From an uncultured Hormoscilla sp. (GTDB lineage: Bacteria; Cyanobacteriota; Cyanobacteriia; Cyanobacteriales; Desertifilaceae): 64,000 bases of DNA. Shown in pieces: positions 1 to 12,983 of this stretch. Made by a program: the position numbers and the translations under genes. The DNA is taken from positions 5,504,001 through 5,568,000 of the forward strand of contig OZ001293.3 in the NCBI GenBank assembly GCA_963921275.4, given 5' to 3'. Position 1 is the first letter of the stretch. The number at the start of each line of letters is the position of its first letter. The notes under the pieces are model-generated. The model worked only from the letters and a program-made list of their open reading frames with translations. It made no database searches and was not told the origin of the DNA.

Positions 1-535
1 GGACATCCATCCTCTCGTTGGTCTTCCCAAAGTAGCCATCAACCTTGAGACCTATCGCCGGTCATTAAGCAATCAGAGCCTCATAACAGACCGGCACCGA
101 ACCAAAGCGTCAGCAATCACTGGCTGTACTAGAAAGATCGCCCCGATAGCGATCGCCCAAAAAAATTCCCCAAACTGCATAAACTCCCCGCGCCCCAGCA
201 TCGCTTTAAGTCCCACCTAAAGCCCACCGATATCCCACCTATATCCCCTAAAAGGGGTCAGAAGCGCCATTTTTAAACCAGATACTTCAAGAACATACCT
301 ATACGTAAATAACCGGAAAAGCCTTCCATTAGCACCGGTCATATCGCGTCTCATCAAAATCCGGGGGTAACCCCTTGAGATCAAAAAATGTCATAATCGT
401 AGGACGGCAAATCTTCAAATTAGTCATGCAGGCAATAGTGCTGATGACTTGTAACAAATGACAGTAAGTCGTCCGATGTTTTTTCGCTTCTTGAGCCCTT
501 GACGACCTCGGTCCCAGGCTCACGCCCTGCCAGAG

Positions 536-1094
536 TTAACTGGTCTGAAAGTTGTTACCATTGCCAGTATCGCCGTGACTGGCTTGTTGCTGGGGGTGCG
601 ACAGATGGGTTGGCTACAGCCGTTAGAACTGGCGGCTTTTGACCAAATGGTGCGTCTGGATCCTGAAGAGGAACCCGATCCGCGCCTGCCGATCGTGGAG
701 ATTACAGAGGGCGGTGGCCTGTGGATTAGCTCTGGGCAAGGCCCTGGAACTGCTTAACCAGAGCTGGTCGGTTCGCAATTTTCCCGAAGTTAAAATGCGG
801 GTAGGGATTTTTACAGGCCCGATGCTGCTGCGCACCCAGCGCAGCGCTTACGTGGCTGGCAGTTTGGGGGGCAAAGACCGTTTAGAATATGGAGTGATTG
901 GTGATAGCGTCAATATTGCCTCCCGGCTGGAAAGCTGCCAGAAAGACAGGCAACCAGGTATTTGTCGGGTGCTGATTGCTCGGGAAACGCTAGTTCTTTG
1001 CCAAGATAAGTTTGAGGTAGAGCCTTGGGGTCCGCTGGCCTTGAAGGGAAAAGAGCAAACTGTTGAGGTTTACCGGGTCGTAGGATATCGATAG
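536..1094 (+). pseudogene. CHASE2-adenylate/guanylate cyclase collapsed by an internal deletion
   Basis: The CHASE2 N-terminus (LLLGVRQMGWLQPLELAAFDQMVRL..EPDPRL.IVEITE) is joined out of frame at about 709 to a class III cyclase C-terminus (MRVGIFTGP..VAGSLGG..EYGVIGDSVNIASRLES). The start is approximate. Confidence 0.85.
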
Positions 1095-1189
1095 TCAGCG
1101 GTCAGTAGTCAGCGGTCAGTTAATAACCCACAACTAACAACTGACAACTAACAACTGACAAATTAGATTTCTAGCAAAGGATTAAGATA

Positions 1190-2813
<1,624 letters not shown>

Positions 2814-2883
2814 TCAAGGTGGTAAGATTGTTGATTGTTGATTGTTGATTGTTGATGGCAATTAACAATTAGCAATTGGCAAT

Positions 2884-3206
2884 TCACAAATCATCTTGTT
2901 GCTGACGTTCCCGCAGTTGGAGCAAGATTTCGGCATGGACTTCGCGGGTAATGGGATAAAAATAGGCGAGTACAATTCCCCCTAGCAAACAGATAGCTGG
3001 CAGGACGGCGACCGACAGACGAATGGCAAGCAATGCCGAATCGGGCTGGACTGGGATGGGCTCTCCTGCTACAGTTTCTATATATCCAGACCAATCTAAG
3101 GCTTGCCCTACCAAAAATAATCCAATTGCCAAACCTAATTTTTGCAGCAGTACCATAAAGGCATAGAAAACCCCTTCACGACGCTGACCTGTACGGAGTT
3201 CGTCTA
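2884..3206 (-). pseudogene. C-terminal part of a GPH/MelB-family MFS sugar transporter
   Basis: LDELRTGQRREGVFYAFMVLLQKLG...YFYPITREVH. Cut at CTAG by the IS end. Confidence 0.85.
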
Positions 3207-4078
3207 GGGCGTGTCATCAGTTAGAGAAAGAAAGGATAGAATAGATAAACCGAAGAGAGAGAAACACAGAGAAAAATGCGTAGATATGCACTTAGAGATG
3301 ACCAGTGGGAAAAAATCAAGGATTTGCTACCTGGGAGAGACGGCCATGTAGGAGGAACGGCCAAAAATAATCGACTGTTTGTTGAAGCAGTGTTGTATCG
3401 ATATAGAGCGGGAATCCCGTGGAGAGACCTACCTGAAAGGTTTGGAGATTTTCGAGTAGTACATACAAGATTTAGCCGATGGAATAAAAGTGGAGTGTGG
3501 GAAAGGATATTCAAGCTGTTGGCGCAAGACGCAGATAACGAGTATGGCATGATTGATTCGACAATCGTGCGAGCGCATCGACACAGTGCTGGGGCGCAAA
3601 AAAAAGAGTCCGGGGAGGACAGAGAGGACAATGAGTGGAGAGAGTAACGCTCAAGCCATTGGTAGAAGTCGAGGAGGATTAAGTACAAAGATTCATGCCA
3701 CTTGTGACGCTCTGGGGAATCCCACAGGCTTCTTTTTGACGGGAGGACAAGCCCACGATCAAGATGGCGCAGATGTCCTCCTTGAAAACCTTGAAGCTGA
3801 GGCAATCCTGGCAGATAAAGCTTATGATGCTGATGAGCGGGTCCGTCAAAAACTCCAAGCTCAAGGTTGCACAGCGGTCATTCCCTCCAAGGTGAATCGC
3901 CAAGTTCCTTATCCTTATGACAAGCACCTCTACAAGGCTCGCCATCTAATTGAAAACTTTTTTGCCAAACTCAAGCAGTATCGCGCTATTGCTACCCGTT
4001 ATGATAAAACAGCCCGTAACTTTTTAGGGGCGATTTATCTGGCTGCTTCTGTCGTCTGGCTTAACTGATGACACGCCC
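3207..4078 (+). mobile_element. IS5-family (IS427-group-like) insertion sequence, 872 bp
   Basis: Perfect 17-bp terminal IRs GGGCGTGTCATCAGTTA, flanked by TA in a CTAG context. Two-ORF transposase (3276-3647 and to 4068) with an A8 slippery run at about 3598-3606. Motifs [18 protein letters not shown] and IENFFAKLKQYRAIATRYDK. Confidence 0.92.
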
Positions 4079-4080
4079 TA

Positions 4081-4900
4081 GTTCCTGGGCGATCGTTTCT
4101 AATTCTATTGGCACAGCTGGCAAGGGATTGATCTCGGTAAATTCTGATGCTCCCATCGCCAGCACCGGTGATTTTTTAATCGGGTCATAGTCCGTCTCAA
4201 TCAGGTTGAAAGCGGGGATGCGCGAGATGCTGTACTTTTCCACCAGAAAATGCTCCCCATCATGCAATACTGCCAGTGGTAGCGTGCGCAGACCATCTCC
4301 CAGGCAAAACAGTAGCGTGTCGATGTTTTCAGCTTCCAGTTTGTCGGCGATCGGGGCCACCATCCATTGATATAGTTGCTGGGCTGGTTGCAGGTAGGCG
4401 TTAGTGTTGATCTTTCTGGGATTGGCGACTGCACGGCGCAACCTGTTAACTTCCCGTAGTAGAGCTCGGGGATTAGCGCGTGGGATGTTCCAGGCAGCTG
4501 GTTTGCTGCCAGGGGTGCTTAACATGAGTCTCAGCTGTTCGGGTTGGGGAAATACCCAGATGACTGCTGGCTTTTTGCCGGTCTGGATACCTAGAAGCGA
4601 CAGCTTGACGGCCATCTGGTCGGGGGTCATGGATCTCTCTGCCAGGTTGGTCCCAAGGTAATTCTCGTACTGTCCTTCAAATTTTGGCTCGACTTCTTCT
4701 GCTATACACTTAACAGCAGTTTCCGGACTGAGTCTGATTCTAGATGGGAGTTCCCGGGGGGTGCCGCCCGATATACTCTCTGGGGTAATAGAGTGGGCGA
4801 TCGGGCTCGATAATACCGCCGCCAATGGCAAAGAGGCATATTTGCCTCTTTGCCATCTTCTGGGCTTCGCTGGAAAAGCTTTTACCTTCCGAACATCTGC
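4081..4900 (-). pseudogene. CHAT-domain protein fragment bounded by IS ends
   Basis: YLQPAQQLYQWMVAPI..DTLLFCL..GLRTLPLAVLHDGEHFLVEKYS..VLAMGASEF..LPAVPIEL. Both ends stop at CTAG/IS termini. Confidence 0.85.
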
Positions 4901-4902
4901 TA

Positions 4903-5151
4903 GGGTGTGTCATCAATCAAATTGCTTGACAGAAGTAGATGGATACGGTATGGAGTCCTTATCCAGCAATAACAATCAAGAGGGCATGATATGAGACGCT
5001 ATGGCTTGCGAGACGACCAGTGGGAACGGATCGAACACCTTTTACCTGGTAAAGAGGGTGACCCAGGCGCTACAGCCAAGAACAATAGATTATTCGTGTT
5101 CTGCCGTGTTATATCGATATCGTGCTGGCATTCCCTGGCGGGATTTACCGG
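4903..5151 (+). mobile_element. Truncated second IS5-family element (left end plus transposase 5' part)
   Basis: Left [35 protein letters not shown]...[11 protein letters not shown], frameshifted, then fused to MFS sequence. Confidence 0.85.
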
Positions 5152-5970
5152 CCACAAAATATTTCATCACACTTCCTATTACCTGTACTGCCAACCAGGA
5201 ACACAGGTAAATTCCAATCACAAAGAGGAAGGTCGATTGCTGAAAGCGACGCGCAGTTGTTCTGGCAAGGATAGGGAAGCCTCTGAGTCTTCTGGATCCT
5301 CAACTCTAAGCCTTTGTACAGCGGCAACTCGCTTTCGCGTTCCCCAGACACAGAGATACAGGGGTAGGACAGAAATAACAGTACAGACGATTCCTAAGAC
5401 TAAATACCGTTGCCCAGCATCTTGGACTTGGGAGAAAATGAATGTAGCCAGAAGTAAGGAGAGGATGCTGCCGCCGATGGAGAAGGCAAACCGAAAGCTA
5501 TTCAGGTTGGTGCGTTCGTTGTAGTCTTTGGTTAGTTCTGGGGTGAGGGCGGTATAGGGTAAGTTGACGACAGTGTAGGCGATGTTGAATAATATCCCAA
5601 TGGCGACATAGTAGCAAAATAGCCCCCATTCGCTGAAGCCCGGTACTATCCATTGTAAGAAGAAGATAATCCCAAAGGGAATGCCGCCAAAAACGATCCA
5701 GGGATACCTACGTCCCCAGGGATGACGGGTGCGATCGCTGAGAAATCCAACTACTGGGTCATTCAGGGCATCTGCGATCTTACCTACCATCAGAATGCTG
5801 CCTGCTAACCCGGCGCTAATCCCAGCGACATCGGTGAAGAAAGGCAACAGGAAAAATACTAGGACATTGGCAGTGATGGCTGGTCCCATGTCACCAGCGC
5901 CATAGGCTAGTTTGGTGAGGAAGCTGAGTTTTTCGCTTTCCGGCGATATTTGAGATAGGTCAGTGGTCAT
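5152..5970 (-). pseudogene. N-terminal part of the GPH/MelB-family MFS transporter
   Basis: KLAYGAGDMG...DRTRHPWGRRYPW...LPYTALTPELT.DYNERT.LNSFR. Frameshift at about 5230, continuing [16 protein letters not shown]. Confidence 0.88.
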
Positions 5971-6697
5971 TTGTCAGTTGGTAGGGTGGGCATTGCCAGC
6001 CCTTTCAACGTTAACTTTAAAACTCTAGCTAGTCCCTTATCATTTGTGTCAACTAAAGGGAGGTCATCTAGCGGCTGAAATTCTTGTCTGGTAATGCTTT
6101 CAGCCTCAAAAATTAGTGGCGCTACTTGGCAGCGACTATCATGTATGCGTCTACGCCATTCCCGGTGATGCGAATGCACTACGCGCACGCTGCGCGATCG
6201 CACCTTTTTCTCTAGATTGTGAAGCCCAAATCAAAGAATCCAACCATCAGATGGGTGGTCTTTCTAATGATTATCATGTTTCCAACCCAAGTCAATAGAC
6301 GTGGCTCAGCCTCGTGCTAAACAAGGGCAATAAGGAGTGGACCTTTCAACGCTAATAAAAATTCAGAGAGCCCCAAAAGCCATGGCTGCGCCACGCTGCG
6401 CGATCGGTTATGTCCGTTAACTCTGCTCTCCCGAAGAGTGCAACATGGCGGCTAAGGCGATCGCGCCGGCAGGATATAGAGCACTAATACTGAAAGGCGA
6501 TGTACAATAACTCAGGATAAACACGTATATGCTTCCATGATCGATGCATCGTCGCTCGGTTCTTGAGCAGCAATTACACGAGAGGTTACTATTCAAATAC
6601 TATTCAAACGCTCATCAGATTTCGCCAAATATTTTTGGGGTAGGGTATTGAGGAATCATCCAAGCACCTATAACTGACATGCTGCCGTACTTTCGTA

Positions 6698-6769
6698 AGC
6701 GGACGATCGGACTCGAACCGACGACGTTCAGCTTGGGAAGCTGACATTCTACCACTGAATTACGCCCGC
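6698..6769 (-). tRNA. tRNA-Gly(CCC)
   Basis: GCGGGCGTAATTCAGTGGTAGAATGTCAGCTTCCCAAGCTGAACGTCGTCGGTTCGAGTCCGATCGTCCGCT folds as a cloverleaf with anticodon CCC. Confidence 0.96.
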
Positions 6770-6830
6770 ATTGTTGGTAGTAAGCACTTTAGTGCTTCAA
6801 GGAGCACCTGACTACCAAGGCACTCTATCT

Positions 6831-6948
6831 ATTCTATACAACTATTTCCCCACTGTCAACCTATTTGATCCAGATTCTGATTTTAGCAAGGAGCACCTGA
6901 CTACCAAGGCACTCTACCTATTCTATACAACTATTTTCCAACTGTCAA
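6831..6948 (-). promoter_or_regulatory. Two tandem sigma70-type promoters upstream of tRNA-Gly
   Basis: TTGACA-17bp-TAGAAT at 6859-6831 and at 6948-6920, within an approximately 89-bp tandem duplication. Confidence 0.7.
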
Positions 6949-9900
6949 CCTATTATTTGCTCCAGATTCTGATTTTAGCATGGGACGCTTGCGGTTCCCA
7001 CCTCTGAACAACCTGAGCAACCAGCGCTGAAAACTATCCACGTAGGTGAATAAGGTGGGCACCACCACCAGGGTCAACATGGTGGATGTCGCGATGCCGC
7101 CAATAACAGAGATCGCCATGGGACTGCGGATATGACCGCCGGCCCCTAGTTCCAGGGCGATCGGGGTCATGCCAGCGATCGTGGAGAAGGTGGTCATCAG
7201 AATTGGTCGCAGGCGATCGACACCAGCATCTTTAATTGCCTGGCGCTGACGCAGACCTTCTCTCATATTCGCCAAAGAACAGTCTAGCAGCAAGATCGCG
7301 TTTTTCGTCACCAATCCCATCAACAGCACGATCCCGATCACCGCAAACAACCCCAACTCCTTCTGGGTAATCATCAGGGCCAGCAACGCCCCGCCCAGGG
7401 ACAGGGGCAAAGCCGCCATAATGGTGAAGGGATAGATAAAGTTATTGTACAGCAAGACCAGGATGGCATAAATTGACAGCACTCCCAACCCCAGAGCGGA
7501 ACCAAGGCGAGTGAAAATATCCCTCATAATCCTGGCATCCCCAGAGGGTTCTTGCTCTACTTCTTCTGGGGGTATATTTTTTTCCAGCCAGACATTCACC
7601 TGGTCTAAAGCTTGTCCTAGAGAAATACCTTGCAAGTTTCCTTCCACCGATACCTTACGTGCCCGATCGAACCTTTCGATTTCCGCTGGTCCGCTGCCAA
7701 GACTGACATCAGCGACGGCTAGCAATGGGACTACTCCACCATTTTGACTGGGAACCCGAATATTTTTTAAGGTTTCCAGGTCATTGCGAAAGCGTTCTGC
7801 TAGCTGGACGCGAATAGGAATTTGTCGATCGGACAGATCGAACTTCGCCAGAGAAGAATCATTATCCCCAATGGTAGCCAGAGAAGCAGTACGGGCGATC
7901 GCCTGCACGGAAACCCCCAGATCTGCCGCCCGGGCCGGGTCTGGTGCAATCAAGATTTCCGGCTTCACCAAAGAAGCACTAGAAGTTACCTCCACTAAAC
8001 CAGAAATTGAGCGCATGTGGCGTTCTAAAGCATCAGCTGTCTGGCGAAGGAGTTGGGGATTTTCACTTTTGAGCACGATCTGCAAGTCCTTATCCGTCCC
8101 AGCAGCACCCTGGGCCTGAAAGGCGATCCGCGCCCCCGGAATTTCACCAAACCCCGGTCGCATCTGCTGTTCGAACTGCTTCTGGGATATTTCCCGTTCT
8201 TCCCTGGGTGTCAGGTTGACATAGACGATCGCCTCATTTATCTTTTCTCCCCCAGCAATCGCCAGTATATTTTCTACTACTGGGTGCTGCTGTAAGAGAG
8301 AAGTCGTCTGTTGCATCACCCGATCGGTATTGTTCAGAGTAGCCCCCGGAGGCAATTCTATCGATACTGTACTCAAACCCCGATCGTAGCCACTGAATAA
8401 CCCCTTGGGAATTAGAGGCACCAATTGCAAACTACCGATAAAGAACGCAACAGCCAACAGTAGAGTAGCGCTCCGATGCCGTAGGGCCCAACTCAACAAA
8501 CTGAGATAGGGTTGTCTCTTACCCTGTTTGCCATTTTTTATCTGTAAAGATTCTACCTTGCCTTTGAGCAAATAGGCTGCTAACATGGGCGTCAGCGTCG
8601 TGGCTACCAGAGTCGAAAACATCGTCGATATCGCCACAGTCAGCCCAAAGGGTTGAAAATATTGACCCGGGATACCGCACATAAATGCCACGGGAACAAA
8701 CACTGCCACAATTGTCCCTGTAGTTGCCAATACAGCCAAACCAATTTCCGCCGACGCATCCAGCGCCGCCTGAAAAGGCTTCTTCCCCCTCCCCAGATGT
8801 TGAGCTATATTCTCAATCATGCAAATGGCATCATCCACCAAGTTTCCCATTGCCAGGGCTAAAGCAAGTAGGGTCATGCTATTGAGAGTGTAACCCAACA
8901 TTCTCATCACCATAAAGGTAGGGACGATCGACAGGGGTAAGGCCAAGGCCGTTATCAAAGTGGCTCGCCAATCTCGCAAAAATAATCCTACCGTAATTAC
9001 CGTCAATATCGACCCAATTACCAAAGCATCTATCGAAGCCTGATACGATTCCCTAATATCATCACCTCTGGTAAAAATTAGATTCATGGAGATGTCTGAA
9101 GGTAAAGTTCTTTCTAATTCCTTTACCGCTGCACGCACCCCTTCTTCTACAGTTACCAGAGTGCTGCCCGTACTGCGCAGCACTGAGAAACCAACAACTG
9201 TTTCTTGTTGAACTTTAGCGTCATCTTTAATCGTGAAACGCGCTCGCTGACGGGGTTCGGCGGAGCTATCTGTTACTTCTCCCAAACTGCTCAGGACTGC
9301 GTCACCCCCATTGGGAAGCACTATGCGATAGTTACGCAAAGCTTCTACAGTTTTTGCACTTCCCAGAGTGCGAATACTTTTTTCCGTTCCCGATAGTTCC
9401 GATCGCCCTCCTGGCAAGTTGATATTAAACGCTCGGATCTGATCGTTGATTTCTGTGGCAGTTATTCCCAAGGCTTCCAGGCGTTGGGGGTTAAGGTCTA
9501 CTCTAATTTCTCGATCTACCCCACCGATGCGATTAATTTGGGATACCCCTGGAACCCTAAGCAGGTAACGACTAATTCTTTTGTCCACTAAATCACTTAA
9601 TTCTTCAACTGACCTTTGAGGAGAACTTACCACGTAACCCATAATTGCGCCCCCGATAAATTCCACTCGTTGGACCACCGGTTCTTCTACATCTGAGGGC
9701 AAGTCTTGGCGAATTTGAGCGATCGCATTGCGCACGTCATTTGTCGCCCGATCGCTATCTGTTCCCAGAACGAAGTCGATCCTCGTCGTGGAAACACCGT
9801 CTTTAACAGTAGATCTGAGTTCTTCAATATTTCCCAAACTCGCCACCGCATCTTCTACTTTTTTCGTTACCTGTGTTTCCAGCTCCACGGGGCCCGCACC

Positions 9901-10062
9901 TTGCTGAGTTACTGTGACGGATACGATCGGTACGTCTATATTGGGATATTCGTCAATTCCCAACGTCATAAATGACATGAATCCCACAGTTGCTAAAGTC
10001 ATGAACAGCACCAATGTGGGTATTGGTTTGCGTATTGACCTGGCTGATATATTAAATGTCAT
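6931..10062 (-). CDS. RND efflux transporter permease (AcrB/AcrD/AcrF family)
   Basis: 1043 aa with GNLVDDAICMIENI, GLVTKNAILL and RLRPILMTT motifs. Confidence 0.95.
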   Translation of the reverse strand: MTFNISARSIRKPIPTLVLFMTLATVGFMSFMTLGIDEYPNIDVPIVSVTVTQQGAGPVELETQVTKKVEDAVASLGNIEELRSTVKDGVSTTRIDFVLGTDSDRATNDVRNAIAQIRQDLPSDVEEPVVQRVEFIGGAIMGYVVSSPQRSVEELSDLVDKRISRYLLRVPGVSQINRIGGVDREIRVDLNPQRLEALGITATEINDQIRAFNINLPGGRSELSGTEKSIRTLGSAKTVEALRNYRIVLPNGGDAVLSSLGEVTDSSAEPRQRARFTIKDDAKVQQETVVGFSVLRSTGSTLVTVEEGVRAAVKELERTLPSDISMNLIFTRGDDIRESYQASIDALVIGSILTVITVGLFLRDWRATLITALALPLSIVPTFMVMRMLGYTLNSMTLLALALAMGNLVDDAICMIENIAQHLGRGKKPFQAALDASAEIGLAVLATTGTIVAVFVPVAFMCGIPGQYFQPFGLTVAISTMFSTLVATTLTPMLAAYLLKGKVESLQIKNGKQGKRQPYLSLLSWALRHRSATLLLAVAFFIGSLQLVPLIPKGLFSGYDRGLSTVSIELPPGATLNNTDRVMQQTTSLLQQHPVVENILAIAGGEKINEAIVYVNLTPREEREISQKQFEQQMRPGFGEIPGARIAFQAQGAAGTDKDLQIVLKSENPQLLRQTADALERHMRSISGLVEVTSSASLVKPEILIAPDPARAADLGVSVQAIARTASLATIGDNDSSLAKFDLSDRQIPIRVQLAERFRNDLETLKNIRVPSQNGGVVPLLAVADVSLGSGPAEIERFDRARKVSVEGNLQGISLGQALDQVNVWLEKNIPPEEVEQEPSGDARIMRDIFTRLGSALGLGVLSIYAILVLLYNNFIYPFTIMAALPLSLGGALLALMITQKELGLFAVIGIVLLMGLVTKNAILLLDCSLANMREGLRQRQAIKDAGVDRLRPILMTTFSTIAGMTPIALELGAGGHIRSPMAISVIGGIATSTMLTLVVVPTLFTYVDSFQRWLLRLFRGGNRKRPMLKSESGANNRLTVGK

Positions 10063-10140
10063 GGCTATTGCTAATTGCTTATTTTACTTGCTTAATTGTT
10101 CGTTTATGGCTATAGGGACAATTAAGCAATTATACCGGGG

Positions 10141-11691
10141 TTATTTGCTTTGATTGATGGTGGCTTCCGGGACGACTTTTACTCGATCGCCTTCTTTGAC
10201 AAATCCTGCGCCAGCCACAATTACTCGATCGCCCTTTTTCAGTCCCTGCTTAATTTCAATTCTGCTCTTTTGGCCGCCGGTGCTATTACCTACTTCTACT
10301 GGTCGCGCCCGAGCTATGTTATCGCCTTCCAACAGATAGATGATCGCCCCTCCGTCGGCTTGCCACTGCACCGCTTCATAGGGAACGGTCAAACTCTCAA
10401 CGGTTTGGGAGGTAATGGCCGCTTGTAAAAACATCCCTGGCCGCAGTAATGGATCTGAGGGCAGGTCGATTTTCAGCGTTGCTTGACGAGTTGTGGCATC
10501 TACCAGAGGAGCTATGCTGCGGACAATTCCGCTTGGCAGTGTTATCCGCGCGTCGGCGTCGGATGTAATTTCTACGGGCATTCCTACTTGCACCCTCGAT
10601 AGCTGAGTTTCTGGTATCTGCACCTGAAGTTCCAAAGCATTATCAGCAATGATCGAAAACAGTTTTTGACTGCCATTAGTGACATCTCCCCGCCGAGCAA
10701 TTCTTTCGGCTACAATGCCACGCGCCGGAGCCCTTACTTCTGTTTGTGCCAGCTGAGTTCGCAACTGTTGCACGGAAGCCTGGGCGCTGCGCACGTTAGC
10801 CTCCGCACTACTTACCGCTGCTTTGGCACTTCTGAGTCGGGCTTTGGCGCTGCCGACGTTAGCTTGAGCACTTTGAATTTTTGCTTGGGCGCTGCTGATC
10901 TTGGCCCGAGCAACTCGCACGGCCTCAGCAGCACTGCTAGCTGTAGTGCGGCGAATTTCTAACTCTTGCAGACTAATAGCCCCATCAGTTTCCAACTTTT
11001 CATATCTTGCTAGTTCTCTGTCCGCTTGGGCCAGATTTACCCGCGCTTGAGCCAAAGACGCGATCTCCTGTTCCTTTTCCGCTTCCTCCTCAGCTAGAGC
11101 CGATAGAGCTTGGGCCACAGACGCTTCTGCTTGGGTGACGGCAGCTTGTCTTTCTAGTAAAGTAGCCTTTGCCGACTCCAAAGCAGCGATCTCTTGGCTT
11201 TGTTGGGCCTGCAATACATCATCATCCAGAACCGCCATTACTTGTCCCGCCACCACCACGTCCCCTTCATCCACCAAAACTCGTTCGATCTGCAAGCCAT
11301 TAGCCTGGGGCAACAGTGGCAGTAAGTCATAAGCCGCCACTGTGCCAGTAGCGCTGATGGTGCGGGCGATCGCTCCTGTCTCTACTGGTGCTGTGGTAAC
11401 CGTTTGGTTGAGTGCTATCGTTATAGCCGCTGGCTGCGCTGCCGAACTCTCGGGACTGGCTGGAGGAGGAGTCCTGCCAGCAAATATACCAATTGCCAGA
11501 CCAATTGCCAACCCGATCGCAATTTTCCCTATCCCTCCCTTACCACCGCTGGAGGTTTTCCGGTCCTCCTTATCTAGATCTACATTTTCCCAAGTCTCGC
11601 CCTGTTCCGACCGTGGCGTGACGGCTGTTGGAGCTTCTGAGTATGCTTGTCCTGTCACTGCTGTCTCCCTCTTGGTATTCCAGCCAAGCAT
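10141..11691 (-). CDS. RND periplasmic adaptor (HlyD/AcrA-like MFP)
   Basis: TM segment, lipoyl half-motifs (LVDEGDVVVAGQV; VRAPARGIV), long coiled coil and LRPGMF. The start could be 11745. Confidence 0.92.
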   Translation of the reverse strand: MLGWNTKRETAVTGQAYSEAPTAVTPRSEQGETWENVDLDKEDRKTSSGGKGGIGKIAIGLAIGLAIGIFAGRTPPPASPESSAAQPAAITIALNQTVTTAPVETGAIARTISATGTVAAYDLLPLLPQANGLQIERVLVDEGDVVVAGQVMAVLDDDVLQAQQSQEIAALESAKATLLERQAAVTQAEASVAQALSALAEEEAEKEQEIASLAQARVNLAQADRELARYEKLETDGAISLQELEIRRTTASSAAEAVRVARAKISSAQAKIQSAQANVGSAKARLRSAKAAVSSAEANVRSAQASVQQLRTQLAQTEVRAPARGIVAERIARRGDVTNGSQKLFSIIADNALELQVQIPETQLSRVQVGMPVEITSDADARITLPSGIVRSIAPLVDATTRQATLKIDLPSDPLLRPGMFLQAAITSQTVESLTVPYEAVQWQADGGAIIYLLEGDNIARARPVEVGNSTGGQKSRIEIKQGLKKGDRVIVAGAGFVKEGDRVKVVPEATINQSK

Positions 11692-12102
11692 CGTTGGCTG
11701 TCTTTGTTTATAAAACTTAATAATTCTTTTTTTATTATGACGCAACTCAAACAGTCTTGACTAGATTCTGGGCGATCTCATAGGAATCGTCTCAATACAG
11801 GCATTTATATTTGCCAATAGTACGAGGCTAATTGCAAATGACTAATGGCCGAGCCATTTTCAATTAGCCATTCTCAATTAGCAATTTTCAATTTTCAATT
11901 GTTCGAGCAAGCAAATCCCAGATGCAGCCGTAAATATTTCACTATAGCCATGGAAACCTTATGTATAATCACGTATTATAAGTATAATTACTTAAGAGGA
12001 TAGATCGAGCACAATTGACTCAGAAATGTATATACTAATAAAAATAAGAATCACGCCAAGAAGCTCTGGAGAAGGCAACAGCGTAAAAGCGAGTAAATAA
12101 AG

Positions 12103-12974
12103 ATGTTTAACGCCACCAAAATCCTAATCAACAACTTTGTCAAAAATATCCGGGAAGGCTACAGCCGTACCGACGGGGGGTGGAAAGCTGACTACGCAGA
12201 CATCATCGGCTGGGCGGGGAGTATGGCCCTGGAAAACATCGCCAACAGCGACGCCCTCTATCACAATGTCGCATAGCCATCTTAGTGGGCTTAGTAGGGC
12301 AAGAGATTTTACGAGGCAAGCATATCCGCGAGGGTGGTGTATCCTGTGAAGACTGGTTGCGCTATGTCATCTCTCTGGTCTGCCATGATATTGGCTATGT
12401 GAAAGGGGTATGTCGCCAAGATGGCAATGGATTATATGCCACAGGCCAAGACGGGGCAATGGTTTCTTTGCCCCCAGGTGCTTCTGATGCTAGCTTAACT
12501 CCTTACCATGTGGACAGGGCCAAATTGTTCATAGATGAGCGGTTTGGCGGTCACAAGCTAATTGATGCTGAGGTGATTAAGCACAATATAGAATTGACTC
12601 GCTTCCCGGTGCCCAAGGCAGAAGACCATCAAGATACTGTCTACTATCCAGGTCTAGTACGGGCTGCGGATTTGATCGGTCAGCTGTCTGACCCCCGATA
12701 CTTGAATAAGATTACGTCTTTGTTCTACGAGTTTGAAGAAACGGGCACGAACAAGGCCCTAGGCTATCGACATCCCGGAGACCTGCGCAAGAACTATTCC
12801 AAGTTCTACTGGAATGGAGTTTATCCCTACGTGAAAGATGCTCTCCATTACCTGTCCCTGACCCAGGAAGGGAAACAAATTGTGGCTAATCTCTACTGTA
12901 ATGTGTTTGTGGTGGAACACGAACAGGTAGCTGAGAACTCGGACAAGCTGAGACTGGCTGAAGCTGCGGCTTAG
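12103..12974 (+). pseudogene. HD-domain metalloprotein (Npun_R2479-like), frameshifted
   Basis: MFNATKILI...ALENIANSDALYHNV, frameshift at about 12272, then LVGQEILRGKH..CHDIGY..RAADLIGQL. Confidence 0.8.
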
Positions 12975-12983
12975 GAGTAGACT

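Noticed and set aside
1..523. Minus-strand ORF 329-523 and its possible continuation
   Set aside because: It looks like a frameshifted remnant, but I cannot assign a family.
1095..1160. Heptamer tracts (ACAACTA/ACAACTG and similar at 2828, 33828, 37470)
   Set aside because: These are ordinary cyanobacterial STRR-type repeats.
6100..6697. Integrated island at the tRNA-Gly 3' end
   Set aside because: No integrase or duplicated tRNA 3' end was found in the window.
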